Notes: generated by a model not told the origin, from the letters alone. Positions 1 through 13,697 are shown, numbered from the stretch's first letter. The stretch: 64,000 nt of DNA from Camelus dromedarius (GCF_036321535.1 NC_087472.1:93374001-93438000), one strand, 5' to 3'. Program-made: numbers and translations.

Positions 1-925
1 GACAGAAAAGATACAAGACTTACAAAGAACACAGAAAAATGGCAGAAGTAAGTTTTCTTTATCAGTAATTTCCTTAAATGTTAATGGATTAAACTTTCCA
101 AGCAAAAGGCATAGATTTGGTAAAAATACATTTAAAATATGACCCAACTATATGGTATCTACAAAAGGTTCACTGTAGATCCAAAGAAACAAATATGTTT
201 AAAGGGACAGGAATGATATTGCAAAGATGGTCCATACAAATAACAATCAAAATAGAGCAAGGCCACTACACTGATATCAGATAATATAGATTTTTAAGTT
301 AAAAATGTTATAGCATACAAAGGAGGGCATTATATATCGATAAAAGGTCAATTCATTAAGATATAATAATTATAAACATACATGCACCAAATAGCAGAGC
401 CCCTGAATATACGAAACAATCATTGACAGAAGACTTCAGTACCCCACTTTCAATAATGGATAGAACATCCAGACAGAGAGCAATAAAGAGATAGAGGGGT
501 TGAACAACACTGTAAACCAACTAGAGCTAACAGGTATTTATAGAACAGTACATTCAACAACAGCAAAATGAATGCACATTCTTTTCCAATCACATGGAAC
601 ATTCCCCAGGATAGCAATATGTTGGACACAGAACAAGGTTAATAAATTTTAAAAGACTGAAATAAAACACAGTATCTTCTCTGACCATAATGGAATGAAT
701 CTAGAAATCTATAACAAAAGAAAAACTGATAAATTCACAAATACGTGGAAATTAAATAACATACACTTAACCAATGAATCAAAGAAAAATCAGAAGAGAA
801 ATTAGGAAATACTTACAAACAAATGAAAATGAAAACACAACATACCAAAACACATGGGATGCAGTAAAGGCAGTGCTCATAAATAAATGTATACCTGTAA
901 ATGCATACATTAAAAAAGATAAAAA

Positions 926-2007
926 GACTTCTTGTCTCTAGTATTGCATGTAACGTAGCTTTAAAATTATCATCCTCATTCTCACAAGAAAAAGTTGAAC
1001 AAATTTAAAATCAATACCCCTTTTTAGATCTATTAGAGACAAGGTAATAGGGAAAACTGCTACCCCCCCATATTTTAGTGACACACAGGCAGATAGAGAC
1101 CTGGCAGAAATCCAGGAACAGAAAAAAAAAAAAAACCACTAGGGCTAGTTTCAGTTCCTTTTACAGTATATAATGGCTAGCTTTCAATAGAATAATTGTG
1201 AGTCATACTAGAAGACAAAAATTGCAATTTGAGGAGAAAGAGAAAGTATCAGAACTAGATTTAGTATGGCAAAGATCATAGTATTTTAAACAAATATGAT
1301 TACAGATGGACATTGTTAGCAAAGGGATGGAAATTCCAACCAAAAACCAAAAGGAAATACTAGAAATCAAAAATACTATAGTATGTGAAGAATGCCTTTG
1401 AAGGGCTCAGCAACAGACTAGATATGTATGAGGAATGATTAAATAAGCTTTATGATATTCCAAAAGAAGCTTCCAAAACTGAAATGCAAAGAGAAAAAAA
1501 AATGTAAAGACCAAATGAGATATCCAAGAACTGTAAGACAATTACAAAAAGTGTAACAAACACATGATGGGAATTATGAATAAGAAGAAAAAAGAAAGAA
1601 AGGAACAGAAGAGATATTTGAAGTTATAATGACTAAGAATTTTCCAATATTAACAACAGATACCAAACCACAGATGCAGGAAGCTGAGAAGCTGAGAAGG
1701 ACAGGTGCACCTTATTAGAGCAGTGAAACTATTCTGTATGATATATGGCATTATACATTTGTGAAACCACATACAATGTACAACACCAAGAGGGAACCCC
1801 TAATTTAAGTTATGGATTTATAGTTAATAAAAATGTATCAATATTGATTTATCAGTGATAACAGTTGTACAACAGTAATGCAAGGTGTTAATAATCAGGG
1901 AAACTGTGTTCTGGGGTAGGGGGAAAGTGGGTATATAAAAGCTTTCTGTACTTTCCGCTCAATTTATTTGTAAACCCAAACTTGCCCTAAAAATAAAGTA
2001 ATAATTA
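926..2007 (+). mobile_element. Internally deleted L1MC-like element (5'UTR/ORF1 piece fused to 3' UTR)
   Basis: 5'/ORF1-like sequence runs to ~1700, then an L1MC-type 3' end (cagtgaaactattctgtatg...ctaaaaataaagt). Imperfect TSD aaaaaagataaaaa / aaaaaagaagaaaa. The host ORF2 resumes after it. Confidence 0.65.
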
Positions 2008-2694
2008 AAAAAAGAAGAAAATGTCAAATGAAAAGCTAACTTTACACCTTGAGTAATTAGAAAGAGAAAAGCAAGCTAAAATCAGAGTTACCAGAAAGGA
2101 GCAGAAATAAATGAAACAGAAAAAGAAAAACAATAGAGAGAATCGATGAAACCAAAATTTGTTTCTTTAAAATAAACTCATATACCTACAGTTAATCTTC
2201 AACAAAGAGGCAAGAATATGCAGTGGAGAAAAGACAGTCTCTCTGGCAAATGGTGTTGGGACAGCTAGATAGCCTCATGTAAATCAATTAAATTAGAACA
2301 CTTCTTTACACTATATCTAAAAATAAACTCAAAATGGTTTAAAAATCTAAATATAAGACATGGCACCATAAAACTCCAAGAAGAGAACATAGGCAAGATG
2401 TTCTCTGAGATAGATCGTAGCAATATTTTCTTACATTGGTCTCCAGGCAAAAGAAATAAAAGCAAAAAATAAACAAATGGGACCTAATCAAACTTAGAAG
2501 CTTTTGCACACAAAAGGAAACCATCAACAAAATGAAGAGACAACCTACGGAATGGGAGAAAATATTTGCAAGTGATGTGTCTGACAAGGGCTTAATTTCC
2601 AAAATATACAAAAAGCTCATATAACTTAGTATCAAAAAAAAACCAATCAAAAAATGGGCAAAGACCTAAACAGATATTTCTCCAAGACATACAG

Positions 2695-3258
2695 ATGGCC
2701 AATAAGCACATGAAAAGATGCTCAATATCACTAATTATCAGAGAAACGCAAGTCAAAACTACAATGAGGTATCAACTCATACCAGTCAGAATGGCCATCA
2801 TTAGAAAGTCCACAAATAACAAATGCTGGAGAGGCTGTGGAGAAAGGGGAACCCTCCTACACTGCTGGTGGGAATGCAGTTTGGTGCAGCCACTATGGAA
2901 AACAGTGTGGAGATTCCTCAAAAGACTAGGAATAGACTTACTGTATGACCCAGGAATCTCACTCCTGGGCTTGTATCCAGAAGGAACCCTACTTCAGGAT
3001 AACACCTGCACCCCAATGTTCATAGCAGCACTATTTACAATAGCCAAAACATGGAGACAGCCTAAATGTCCATCAACAGGTGACTGGATAAAGAAGATGT
3101 GGTATATTTATACAATGGAATACTACTCAGCCATAAAAACCGACACCATAATGCCATTTGCTGCAACATGGATGCTCCTGGAGAATGTCATTCTAAGTGA
3201 AGTAAGCCAGAAAGAGAAAGAAAAATACCATATGAGATCGCTCATATGTGGAATCTAA
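2695..3258 (+). pseudogene. L1 ORF2p C-terminal (cysteine-rich) fragment, 187 aa open
   Basis: Translation contains [18 protein letters not shown]...LWKTVWRFL...[14 protein letters not shown], the ORF2p C-terminus. No EN or RT domain in frame. Confidence 0.9.
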
Positions 3259-3593
3259 AAAACAAAAACAAAAACAAACAAACAAACAAAAACAAAGCAT
3301 AAATACAGGACAGAAATAGACTCATAGACAGAGAATACAGACTTGTGGTTGCCAGGGGGGTGGAGGGTGGGAAGGGATAGACTGGGATTTCAAAACTGTA
3401 GAATAGATAAACAAGATTATACTGTATAGCACAGGGAAATATACACAAAATATTATGATAACTCACAGAGAAAAAAATGTGACAATGAGCGTGTATATGT
3501 CCATGAATGACTGAAAAATTGTGCTGAACACTGGAATTTGACACAACATTGTAAAATGATTATAAATCAATAAAAAATGTTAAAAAAAAAAAA
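2803..3593 (+). mobile_element. Young L1 3' fragment with poly(A), nested at the homologous position of an older L1
   Basis: Distinct 3' UTR ending aataaaaaatgttaaaaaaaaaaaaa. agaaagtccacaaa occurs at 2803-2816 and 3594-3607. The 5' boundary is uncertain because of homology with the host. Confidence 0.8.
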
Positions 3594-5516
3594 AGAAAGT
3601 CCACAAACATAAATGCTGGAAAGGCTGTGGAGAAAAGATAACCTTCCTACACTGTTGGTGGGAATGTAATTTGGTGCAGCCACCATGAAAAACAGTATGG
3701 AGATTCCTTAAGAAACTAAAAATAGACTTACCATATGATCCAGCACTCCCACTCCTGGGTATAGATGCAGAGAAAACTCTAATTCAAAAAGATACACACA
3801 CCCCAATGTTCACAGCAGTACTATTTACAATAGCCAAGACATGGAAGCAACCTAAATATCCATTGACAGATGAATAGATAAAGATGTGGTGTATACACAC
3901 ACACACACAATGGAATACTACTCAGCCATAAAAAGAATGAAATAATGCCATTTGCAGCAACATGGATGGACCTAGAGATTATCATACTAAGTAAAGTAAG
4001 TCAGAGAAAGACAAATATCATACAGTATCACTTATCACTTATGTGTATTCCACACACACTTATGTGTGGAATCTAAAAAAATGACACAAATGAACTTACT
4101 TACAAAACAGAAACAGACTCACAGACATAGAAAACAAATTTATGGTTACCAAAGTGGGAAGGTGGGGAGGGATAAATTAGGAGTTTGGTATTAGCAGATA
4201 CAAACAACTATATAAATTAGATAAGCAACAAAGTCCTACTGTATAGCATAGGGAACTACATTCAATAGCTTGTAATAACCTACAATGAAAAAGAATATAT
4301 ATATGTATAGCTGAATCACTATGCTATGCATCAGAAACTAACACAATATTGCAAATCAACTATACTTCAATTTAAAAAAATACAGTTTAAAAAGATCAGC
4401 AAAATTGACAATCTTTTAGCTAGACTAACAAAGAAAACCCGTAAAAGATGCAAATAACTAAAATTGTAAATGAAAATGGGAACATTATTAAAGACCTTTG
4501 AGAAAAAAATGTACTATAAGAGAATAGTATGAACAACTGTATGTCAATAAATTAAATATTCTATTAAAAATGGACAAATTCCTAGGAACATGTAAATTGC
4601 CTAAACTGACTCATGAAAAAAGAGAAAAGACAGACTTAAAACATGCAAAGAGATTGAATCAGTAATCAAAAACCTCCAACAAAGTAAAGTCTGTGACCAT
4701 GACATGCCTTCATTGGTGAATTCAATGAAATAAAGAATTTATACCAATCCTCCTCAAACTCTTCCAAAAAATAAAGGAGGAAACACTTCCTAACTTATTG
4801 AGGCCAGCATTACCTTGATACCAAAGTTGAATAAAGGCATCACAAAAAAAGAAAATTAGAGATCAGTATTCCTTATGAATATTGATACAAAAATCTTCAA
4901 CAAAATACAGCAGGATTAAAAGCATTAAAAAATTATACAACATGATCAAGTGTGATTTAACCCAAGAATGCAAGGTTCAACATAAGATAATCAATCAACA
5001 TGATACATTACAATAATAGAACCAAGGGGAGAAAATATATAATTATCTCATTCAACACTGAAAAGGCATTTGAAAAAATCTGAAACACTTTCATGTTAAG
5101 AACTCTCAGAACACTAGAAATAGAAGATAACAACCTCAACATGATAAAAGGCATATATGAAAAATTTGCAGCTAGTAACACTCAATGGTGAAAGACTGAA
5201 AGCTTTCCCTCCTTGATTGAGAACAAGAGAAGGATCCCCACTTTCAGCTTTGCTACTTAACACTGCACTATAATTTTTAGCCAGAGAAATTAGACAAGAA
5301 AAATAAATAAAGGACATCCAAACTGGAAATGAATTTCATTTATAATAGCATCTAAAAGAACAAAATACCTGGGAATAAATTTAACCGAGGAGGTAAAAGA
5401 ATTATACACTGGAAAGTATGAAAAAAAATGCTTAAAAGATTAAAGAAGGCCTAAATAAATGTAAAGATATTACCTGTTCATAGATAGGAAGCCTTAATAT
5501 AGTTAAAATGTCAATA

Positions 5517-5926
5517 GAGGTTTCCCCTATTATCCAAAAGTAGTGTTCCTATGAAACTTTTTTGTAAACTGAAATGGAGTAAAGCAAAGAAGCAATTACC
5601 TTAGGACACGTCTTGCTAATGGATGCACAAAATAAATCAAGATAAAGCACAGATACTCAGACACAGTTCAAAGCCATGGCAGCTTGATGCTGAGGGTATT
5701 TTCCAGGGAAGGAGCTTGGTAGTACCACTCTCCATGCCCAGGGTGTGTGCTACCTCTATAAGGCCTACTTGTAAGAAACGCTGAATGTTATTTTTGCTTT
5801 TTGCCTTTTTGTAAAAGTGAAAATCCTCTTCAGATTTCTTTAAGTCAGTGAAAACTGGTACTAACGTATGTATTTCATAAAAGTGAAGTGGCAAAAACTG
5901 AACTTTTGAAAACTGGGGAATACCTG
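5517..5926. mobile_element. TcMar-Tigger-like non-autonomous DNA transposon
   Basis: Imperfect TIRs gaggtttcccctattatccaaaagt / acttttgaaaactggggaatacctg, flanked by TA at 5515-16 and 5927-28. The host L1 rejoins as tcaata|ctactcaaa. Confidence 0.85.
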
Positions 5927-6231
5927 TACTACTCAAAACAATCTACAGATTCAGTGCAATCCCCATCAGTATTCTAACAGTCTTTTCTTCTACAGAAATG
6001 GAAAAGCCAAACCTCAAATTCATACAGAAGCGCAAGGGGCTCTGGATAGCCAAAACAACCTTGAAAAAGCTAAACAAAGTTGCAGGACTCACACTTCCCA
6101 ATTTCAAAACTTACTGAAAAGCTACAATAATCAAAACAATGTGGTAGTGACATAAGGATAGATGTATTGAACAATGGAATAGAATTAAGAGTTCAAAAAT
6201 AAACCCATACATCTATGGCCCATTGCTTTTT

Positions 6232-6922
6232 CTTGAACACCTTTACTGTGGTGTTTATGATTCCTGTACAGTAAACTACACATATTTCAGATGTACAATT
6301 TGATGAATTTTGATAGATATATACACCAATGAAATCACCACCACCATCAAGATAGCTGACATTTCCATCACTTCCCAAGAGGTGCAAATTCTGAATTCCC
6401 AATTTATCCCTTCCCACCCCTTTCACCTTTGGTAACATTAGTTTGTTTTCTATGTCTGTGTCTGTTTCTGTATTTTTCTTCCTCTTTCTGGCTTTCTGCC
6501 TTACTTCACTTATAATCTCCAGGTCCATCCATGTTGCTGCAAATGGCATTATTTTATTCTTTTTATGGCTGAGTAGTATTCCATTGTGTGTGTGTATGTG
6601 TGTGTGCGTGTGTATATGTGTATGTGTATATATATATATATCACACCTTTATCCAGTCATCTGTTGATGGAGAATTTGGGTTGTTTCCATGTCTTGGCTA
6701 TTGTAAATAGTTCTGCTGTGAACACTGGGGTGTATGTGTCTTTTCAAATTATATTTTTATCTGGATATATGCCCAGGAGTGGGATTGCTGGATCATATGG
6801 TAAGTTTACTTTTAGTATTTTTAAGGTACCTCCATACTGTCCTCCAGAGTGGCTGCACCAATTTACAATCCCACCAACACTGTAGGAGGGTTCCTTTTAC
6901 TCCACACCCTCTCCATAATTTA
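6232..6922 (-). mobile_element. Antisense L1 insert: young ORF2-end/3'UTR piece (~6385-6922) joined to an old L1MD/ME-like 3' end (~6232-6380)
   Basis: The minus ORF starts [16 protein letters not shown]. Flanked by cattgcttttt / aactgcttttt; the host resumes at tttttgacatggg. Confidence 0.7.
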
Positions 6923-9900
6923 CTAACTGCTTTTTGACATGGGTGGCAAGTCCATTGAATGGGGAAGGAATAGTCTTTTCAACAGATAGTGCCTAGGAGA
7001 CCTGGATTTCCACATTCAAAAGATTGAATTGGACTCCTACTTCATACCATATATACAGAATAACTCAAAATGGAGCAAAAACTTAAATACAAATGCTAAA
7101 ACCATAAAATGCTTACAAGAAAACAAGTGTAAATATTTATGACTTTGGATTCAGAAATGGATTCTTAGAAATGACATCAAGAGCATGAGCAACAAAAGAA
7201 AAAAATAGATAATGGACTTCATCAAAGCCAAAAATTTGAGTGCATCAAAGTACATTACCAAGAGTGTGAAGACAACCTATGGAATGGGAGAAAATATTTG
7301 GAAATTATATATCTGATAATCTCATAAGGGTTTAATATCTGGACTATATAAAGAACATCTACAACTCTACAACAAAAAGACAACTCAATTAAAAAATGGG
7401 TAAAGTACTCGAATAGACATTTCTCCAAAGAAGATATACAAATGGCCAATAAGCACATAAAAAGACATGCAACATAATTAGTCACTAGGGAAATGCTAAT
7501 CAAAACCATAATGATATATACCTCTTTACACCTACTAAGAGGGCTATAATTTAAAAAAAATAGATTAAGTGTTAGACAATATGTAGAGAAATTGGAATCC
7601 TCATACACTGCTGGTAGGAATGTAAAATGATATAGCCACCATGGAAAACAGTTTGGCAGTACCTCAAAAAACTACACATAGAATGAATATATAGCCCAGT
7701 ACATCTACTCCACGGTGTATAGCCAAGGAATTAAAAGCAGATACTCACTTATATATGCCAATGTTCTTTGCAGTATTAGTCACAATAGCCAAAAGGTGGA
7801 AACAACCCATGTCCACCAACAGATGAATAGACAGATAAAATATAGTATATACATACAGTGGAATATTATTCAGCCATAAAAAGGAATGAAGTTCTGACAC
7901 ATACTATAAACAGAGATGAACCTTGAAAACATTATGCTAAGTGAAATAAACCAGATACAAAAGAATAAATATTATATGACTTCACTTAAATGGGGTACCT
8001 TCAATAGATAAATAGAAACAGAAAGTATAATACTGGGGTGTAAGTGGAGGAAATGGGAAGTTATTGTTTAATGGGTACAGAGTTTTTGTTTGAGGTGGTA
8101 AAAAATTCTCGAAATGGATAGTGGTGATGGTTGCACAACACTGTGAATATACTTAGTGCAGCTGAAATGTACACTTAAAAGTAGTTAAAAGGGAAATTTT
8201 ATAATACATATATTTTACCACAATTTTTAAAAATTTATAATGGTAATATATCAAAAAATACTGAAATGTACACTTAGGGGTATGAATTATATGGTATGTG
8301 CATTATATCTCTATAAAGCTGTTTTTAAGAAAGAGTTTTGAAGATCTTTAGTTAACTGGAAATAGATTTATACTAACTTGTGTTAATAGATACTCCGCAA
8401 GTATCTAAATCATCATAAATGAGATAAAATACTTAAATTTTAATTGTTAGGCAGAATTTTAAGAGTATATATATGAATTTATTAATGAATGTGTTAATTG
8501 TTTTCTACTTTGAGAAATTTTACAAGGATATAGTACTATACCTTTGTTTAACTAAAACGTTATGAAATGATATCTATAGGCTTTGCTAGTCTGCTATAAA
8601 ACGCTAGCATATGACAGACAGTTCACAATTATCCACTTCCAAGTTTTCTCTGTATAACAGAAGTTACCAACTATTAAAAATTTATTGTCAATATACTATC
8701 TGCAAGGTATGGAGAATATTTTTTATTAAGGAAAAGAGAATAGTTTTGTCCTAAAGTAAAAGAACTGGTTGTCCCAGAATGAAAAAGAAAAAAAGTGTAA
8801 GACAAAACCTGAAAGGATATAAAAAGTTGTAAAAGGTTCACGGATGGGGAATTTTGCTGTGGTCCAAGCTAGCTAAGGTTGATAAATTTATTTATAAGAT
8901 TTTAGGAGCTTTACTATCAAAAACATACTGATGCAAAGCCAGAATTTGGTTTTCTTCCTGTTAAAAAGATACAATTTTGTTATATTATTGGTCTGCTCTT
9001 AAGAGGTTGTAAAAGGTTTTTCTTTTTCATCTGGTAATCTGCTTTGAAGGGAAATAGGCTATGTCTTATTAGAAAAATTTCCTGTGACTTACTTTGATTT
9101 TATTATGTCTTTGATTATAAGAAAACAAAGTTTTCTTACTTTTCTTAAGGTTTTTTACAATCACGTTAATTCCAGTATTTACTTCTATAACCTTTCCTTG
9201 TCACCTGCAGAAAATAGGTATCCAGTTATTGTTTTTCACTGATCCATGATCCCATTTAATTAAATGTTCAAACCTCCTGATAAATGCTGACATTTTGCCT
9301 TCCTAGAACCAAATCCTAAATGTTATCTTTTGCACTTAAAACTGTCTTTGAATTTCCGAGAAGGCTCCTGGAAAATCATGAAGGATTTGTTCTTTCATCT
9401 TGTAAAAAGGGTTGCCAGAAATTATTGGGTTTATTTGATATGTTTTGAGTTATATGGGAAGTGTTGTCAAATCAGAAGAGCCACTTAGCTTTCCCTAGGC
9501 TAAATATGTATGAGTAAAATGTTGCTAATATAAATATTTAAGAAATTACATGAAGTTCCTAGAGATTGCTGTCCATGATGTTTCCATTTGTCAGAGTCCT
9601 GGCACTGTTTTTCTTGAAATTAGACAACAGTACGTTATTAGCGATAAATTCAGTTGTTTTTTTAAAATGTTAACTTGGTCACAATTTTACTTTCTAAAGT
9701 TGAATCCAGTATGTTCTAGGCCAGTGATTTTCGACTGAGAATTCACATCATCTACCTGTGGAGTTTTATTAATATAAAGATATTCAGGACCTACTCCAGA
9801 CTTCATATTCTTTACTTAATGTTCTTGATATATTCTTGGCAAATACTAAACAAATGCTTGATGTAGTCATAGTATATTATGTCTCAGGATTATTACACAT

Positions 9901-11903
9901 TACATCTGAAGATTTTTTCTCTGTAAACATTATGTTCAGCCATTTTCATAAATTATATATCTACTTTTCTTTGAAAATAGGGTTAATTTTTATATTTATA
10001 GATATTTTGTCTAAAACTTTTCTGGACTGACTTTATTTTATTTTGTAAGCCACAAAACTAAATTTCCTGGTTAATCACACCATTTTTATAATGAACTCTC
10101 ATCAGACAATTTATTTTGAAAATTATCAGTAATAAGTTAAACACAGCCATTTTGTCATCCACAGATTTTTTTTTAAACTCTGATGCTTCCTTGAAAGCAT
10201 CTGCCATAGCTATAGGCCAGATGCTTGTCTTAAACAAAAGACTGTCTCAGAGACCCATGGAAAAGGACTATGCAAGCTGGGTAATCTTGGGCACAGGTTT
10301 CTGATGGCATCACTTAAACAACTCTGAGATGACACCAGTGGCCAGAGTCAAGATTTCCAGAACTCTAGTGGAAAAACAGATGGGTTTATGAAACTGGTAA
10401 CCTGAAATCAAGTGGAACAAGAATTAATTGCATAGGACTGAGTAAACTGGTGAAGAATGATTATAGGTTTTCTTAGGAATATTGCTTGTACTTTAATGTT
10501 TTATTTTCTGCATGTAGGCTATCTCTAACTCAAAACAATTTAATAGACTGCTTTTGCAAAAAGAAATGAAATATTTATCTTTCTTTCCCTGCCTGATCCC
10601 TCTATAATTTAGAAACTCTTATTGGGTATTCTTATTTTCATGGCAATGTTAGTTATTTGCATAGAATCAATGAGTCTATCCTCCTTGTTAGCAAAACGTA
10701 AATGGAAACATTGGTTATGCAACCAAGGCTTTTTCTGGAATGTCATACTTGAGAATGAGATTCATTTAATGAGACATGACTAGACACTTTTAAGGAACAA
10801 AGGTTGACTTTATGATGCACATACTTACAAAAGCCACTACAGAAAACTGGCCTGATACCTCCCTTACAGGTTTCTAGCCTTACAAATGAGTAAGGAAAAT
10901 CAGTTCCTGACAGGCAAGGAATCTCAGGATATTTTGTTGACCTCAGGAAAAGAGAGATTCACCCAAATTGACAGGTACTTCAGGTAAAATGTGATGGCAA
11001 ATACTTGGCTTGGCTTCCTATCCTCAGGAGCCTTTTAAATTCCAGTCTGAGATTCCTTGTGAAAACTTGGAGCAAACTTAAAAAGGATTATTTAAAAAAT
11101 CATTCTTGCTGCTTCTATATAAATAATCCCATGCCAACTCTAATTAGATCAGCCTTGTTTTGTGATGCAGAATAGTATTTCTTTGATATTACCATTGCTC
11201 AAAGGGGGAGATGACTGTAGAAAAAATGTTTCTTAAAAGGTACTCAACATTGCTAATCATCAGGGAGATGCAAGTCAAAACCATTGTGAGATATCACCTC
11301 ATATCTGTTAGAATGGCTATCATCAAAAAGACAAAAGAGAAATTCTGGCAAGGTTTGGAGAAAAGCAAACCCTTTGCACTGTTGGTAGGATCATAAATTG
11401 GTACAGGCACTACAGAAAAGTACAGAGGTTCCTCAAAAAATTAAAAAGAGAACTACCATGACCCAGCAATTCTACTTCTGGGTATACATCTGAAGGAAAC
11501 TAAATCACTATGTTGAAGAAATAGCTATACCCCCATGTTCATTGCAGCATTATTTACATACCCAAGACATGGAAATATCCTAAGTATGCATCAGTAGATG
11601 TACGGATAAAGAAAGTGTGGTGTATATATACAAAAGAATTTTATTCAGCCATTTAAAAAAGAGGAAATTCTACCATTTGCAATAACATGGATGGTCCTTG
11701 TGGTCATTATGCTAAGTGAAATAAGTCAGATAGAGAAAGATAAATATTGTATGATCTCACTTATGTGTGGAATCTTGAAAAAAAAAACTCATAGAAAAAT
11801 AGATCAGATTTGTGGTTACCAGAGGTAGGGGGTGGGGCTGGGGGAATTGGATGAAGGTGGTCAAAAGATACAAACATCCAACTATAAGATAAATAAGTAC
11901 TGG

Positions 11904-13188
11904 CATAGGAATAAACCTGACCAAGGAGGTGAAAGACCTATACGCTGAGAACTATAAAGCACTGATACAGGAAATTAAAAATGATTTAAAGAAATGGAAA
12001 GATATCACATGCTTCTAGACTGAAAGAATTAATATTGTTAAAATGGCCATACTACCCAAACCAATCTACAGATTTAATGTGATCCCTATAAAATTACCCA
12101 AGAGATTTTTCACAGAAATGGAACAAATAATCTTAAACTTTATATGGAATCACAAAAGACCCAGAATTGCCAAAGCAATACTGAAGAAAAAGAATGAAGC
12201 TGGAGGCATAACCTTCCCAGACTTCAGACAATATTATAGAGCTTCAGTAATCAAAACAGCATGGTATTGGCACAAAAACAGACATATGGATCAATGGAAC
12301 AGAATAGAGAGCCCAGAAATAAATCCACATACCTATGGTCAATTAATCTTCAACAAAGGAGGCAAGAATATGCAATGGAGAAAAGACAGTCTCTTTGGCA
12401 AGTGGTGATGGGAAAGCTGGACAGCCTCATGTAAATCAATGAAGTTAGAACATTCTCTTACGTCACACACAAAAATAAACTCAAAATAGCTTAAAAACTT
12501 AAATATAAGACAAGATACGATAAACCTCCTAGAAGAAATAGTAGGCAAAACATTCTCTGACATAAATTGCAGGAATGTTTTCCTAGGTCAGTCTACCAAG
12601 GCAATACAAATAAATGCAAAAATAAATAAATGGAACCTAATCAAACTTAGAAGCTTTCGCACAGCAAAGAAAACCATCAACAAAATGAAGAGAATACTAC
12701 AGAATGGGAGAAAATATTTGCAAATGATGCAACTGACAAGGGCTTAATTTCCAACTCAATATCAAAAAAAAATCAAAAAATGGGTAGAAGACCTAAACAG
12801 ACATTTCTCCAATGAAAAGATGCTTGATATCAAAGAAATGCAAATCAAAACTACAATGAGGTGTCACCTCACATCAGTCAGAATGGCCATCATTAGAAAG
12901 TCCATGAACAATAAATGCTGGAAAGGCTGTGGAGAAAAGAGAACCTTCCTACACTGTAGGCAGGAATGTAATTTGGTGCAGCATCATGGAAAATAGTATG
13001 GAGATTTCATAAAAAACTAAAAATAGAGTTACCATATGATCCAGCACTCCCACTCCTGGGTATAGATGCAGAGAAAACTCTAATTGAAAAAGATACACGC
13101 ACCCCAATGTTCACAGCAGCACTATTTACAACAGCCAAGACATGGAAGCAACCTAAATATCCATTGACAGATGACTGGATAAAGAAGA

Positions 13189-13241
<53 letters not shown>

Positions 13242-13697
13242 TGTATATATATAATGGAATACTGCTCAGCCATAAAAAAGAATGAAATAGTGCAATTTGT
13301 AGCAACATGGATGGACCTAGAGATTATAGATTATCATACTAAGTGAAGTAAGTCAGACAGAGAAAGACAAATATTATATGATATCACTTATGCGTGGAAT
13401 CTTAAAAAAAATGACACTAATGAACTTATTTACAAAACAGAAACAGACACAGAAAACAAATTTATGGTTATCAAAGTGGGAAGGGGTGGGGGATATACTA
13501 GGAGTTTGGTATTAGCAGATACAAACAACTATATATAAATTAGATAAGCAACAAGGTCCTACTGTATAAGCACAGGGAACTATGTTCAATAACTTATAAT
13601 GAACTATATTCAAAAAGAATATATATATATGTATAGCTGAATCACTATGCTGTACATCAGAAACTAACACAATATTGTAAATCAATTCTACTTCAAT
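11904..13697 (+). mobile_element. 5'-truncated lineage-specific L1
   Basis: ORF 12043-12408 is ORF2p ([18 protein letters not shown]...[19 protein letters not shown]). Imperfect TSD aagataaataagtactgg / aagataaatactgg. Confidence 0.85.
13193..13252. repeat. (TG)n microsatellite with short (TA)n
   Basis: Directly visible; lies inside L1. Confidence 0.95.

Larger units (their letters stand above)
2171..4384 (+). mobile_element. 5'-truncated lineage-specific L1 (ORF2 3' part plus 3' UTR)
   Basis: Abrupt jump to late ORF2 at 2171; ends tatacttcaatttaaaaaaa. The host reads ...gtttctttaaa | aagatcagcaaaattgac across the insert. Confidence 0.85.
1..8330 (+). mobile_element. Old L1 (L1MB-like) ORF2 plus 3' UTR, degenerate, host to several nested insertions
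   Basis: ORF2 endonuclease-like sequence at 1-925 continues collinearly at 2008-2170, 4385-5516, 5927-6225 and 6925-8330. The 3' end (ggatagtggtgatggttgcacaacactgtgaat...ataaagctgtt) resembles L1MB. Many stops and frameshifts. Confidence 0.85.
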
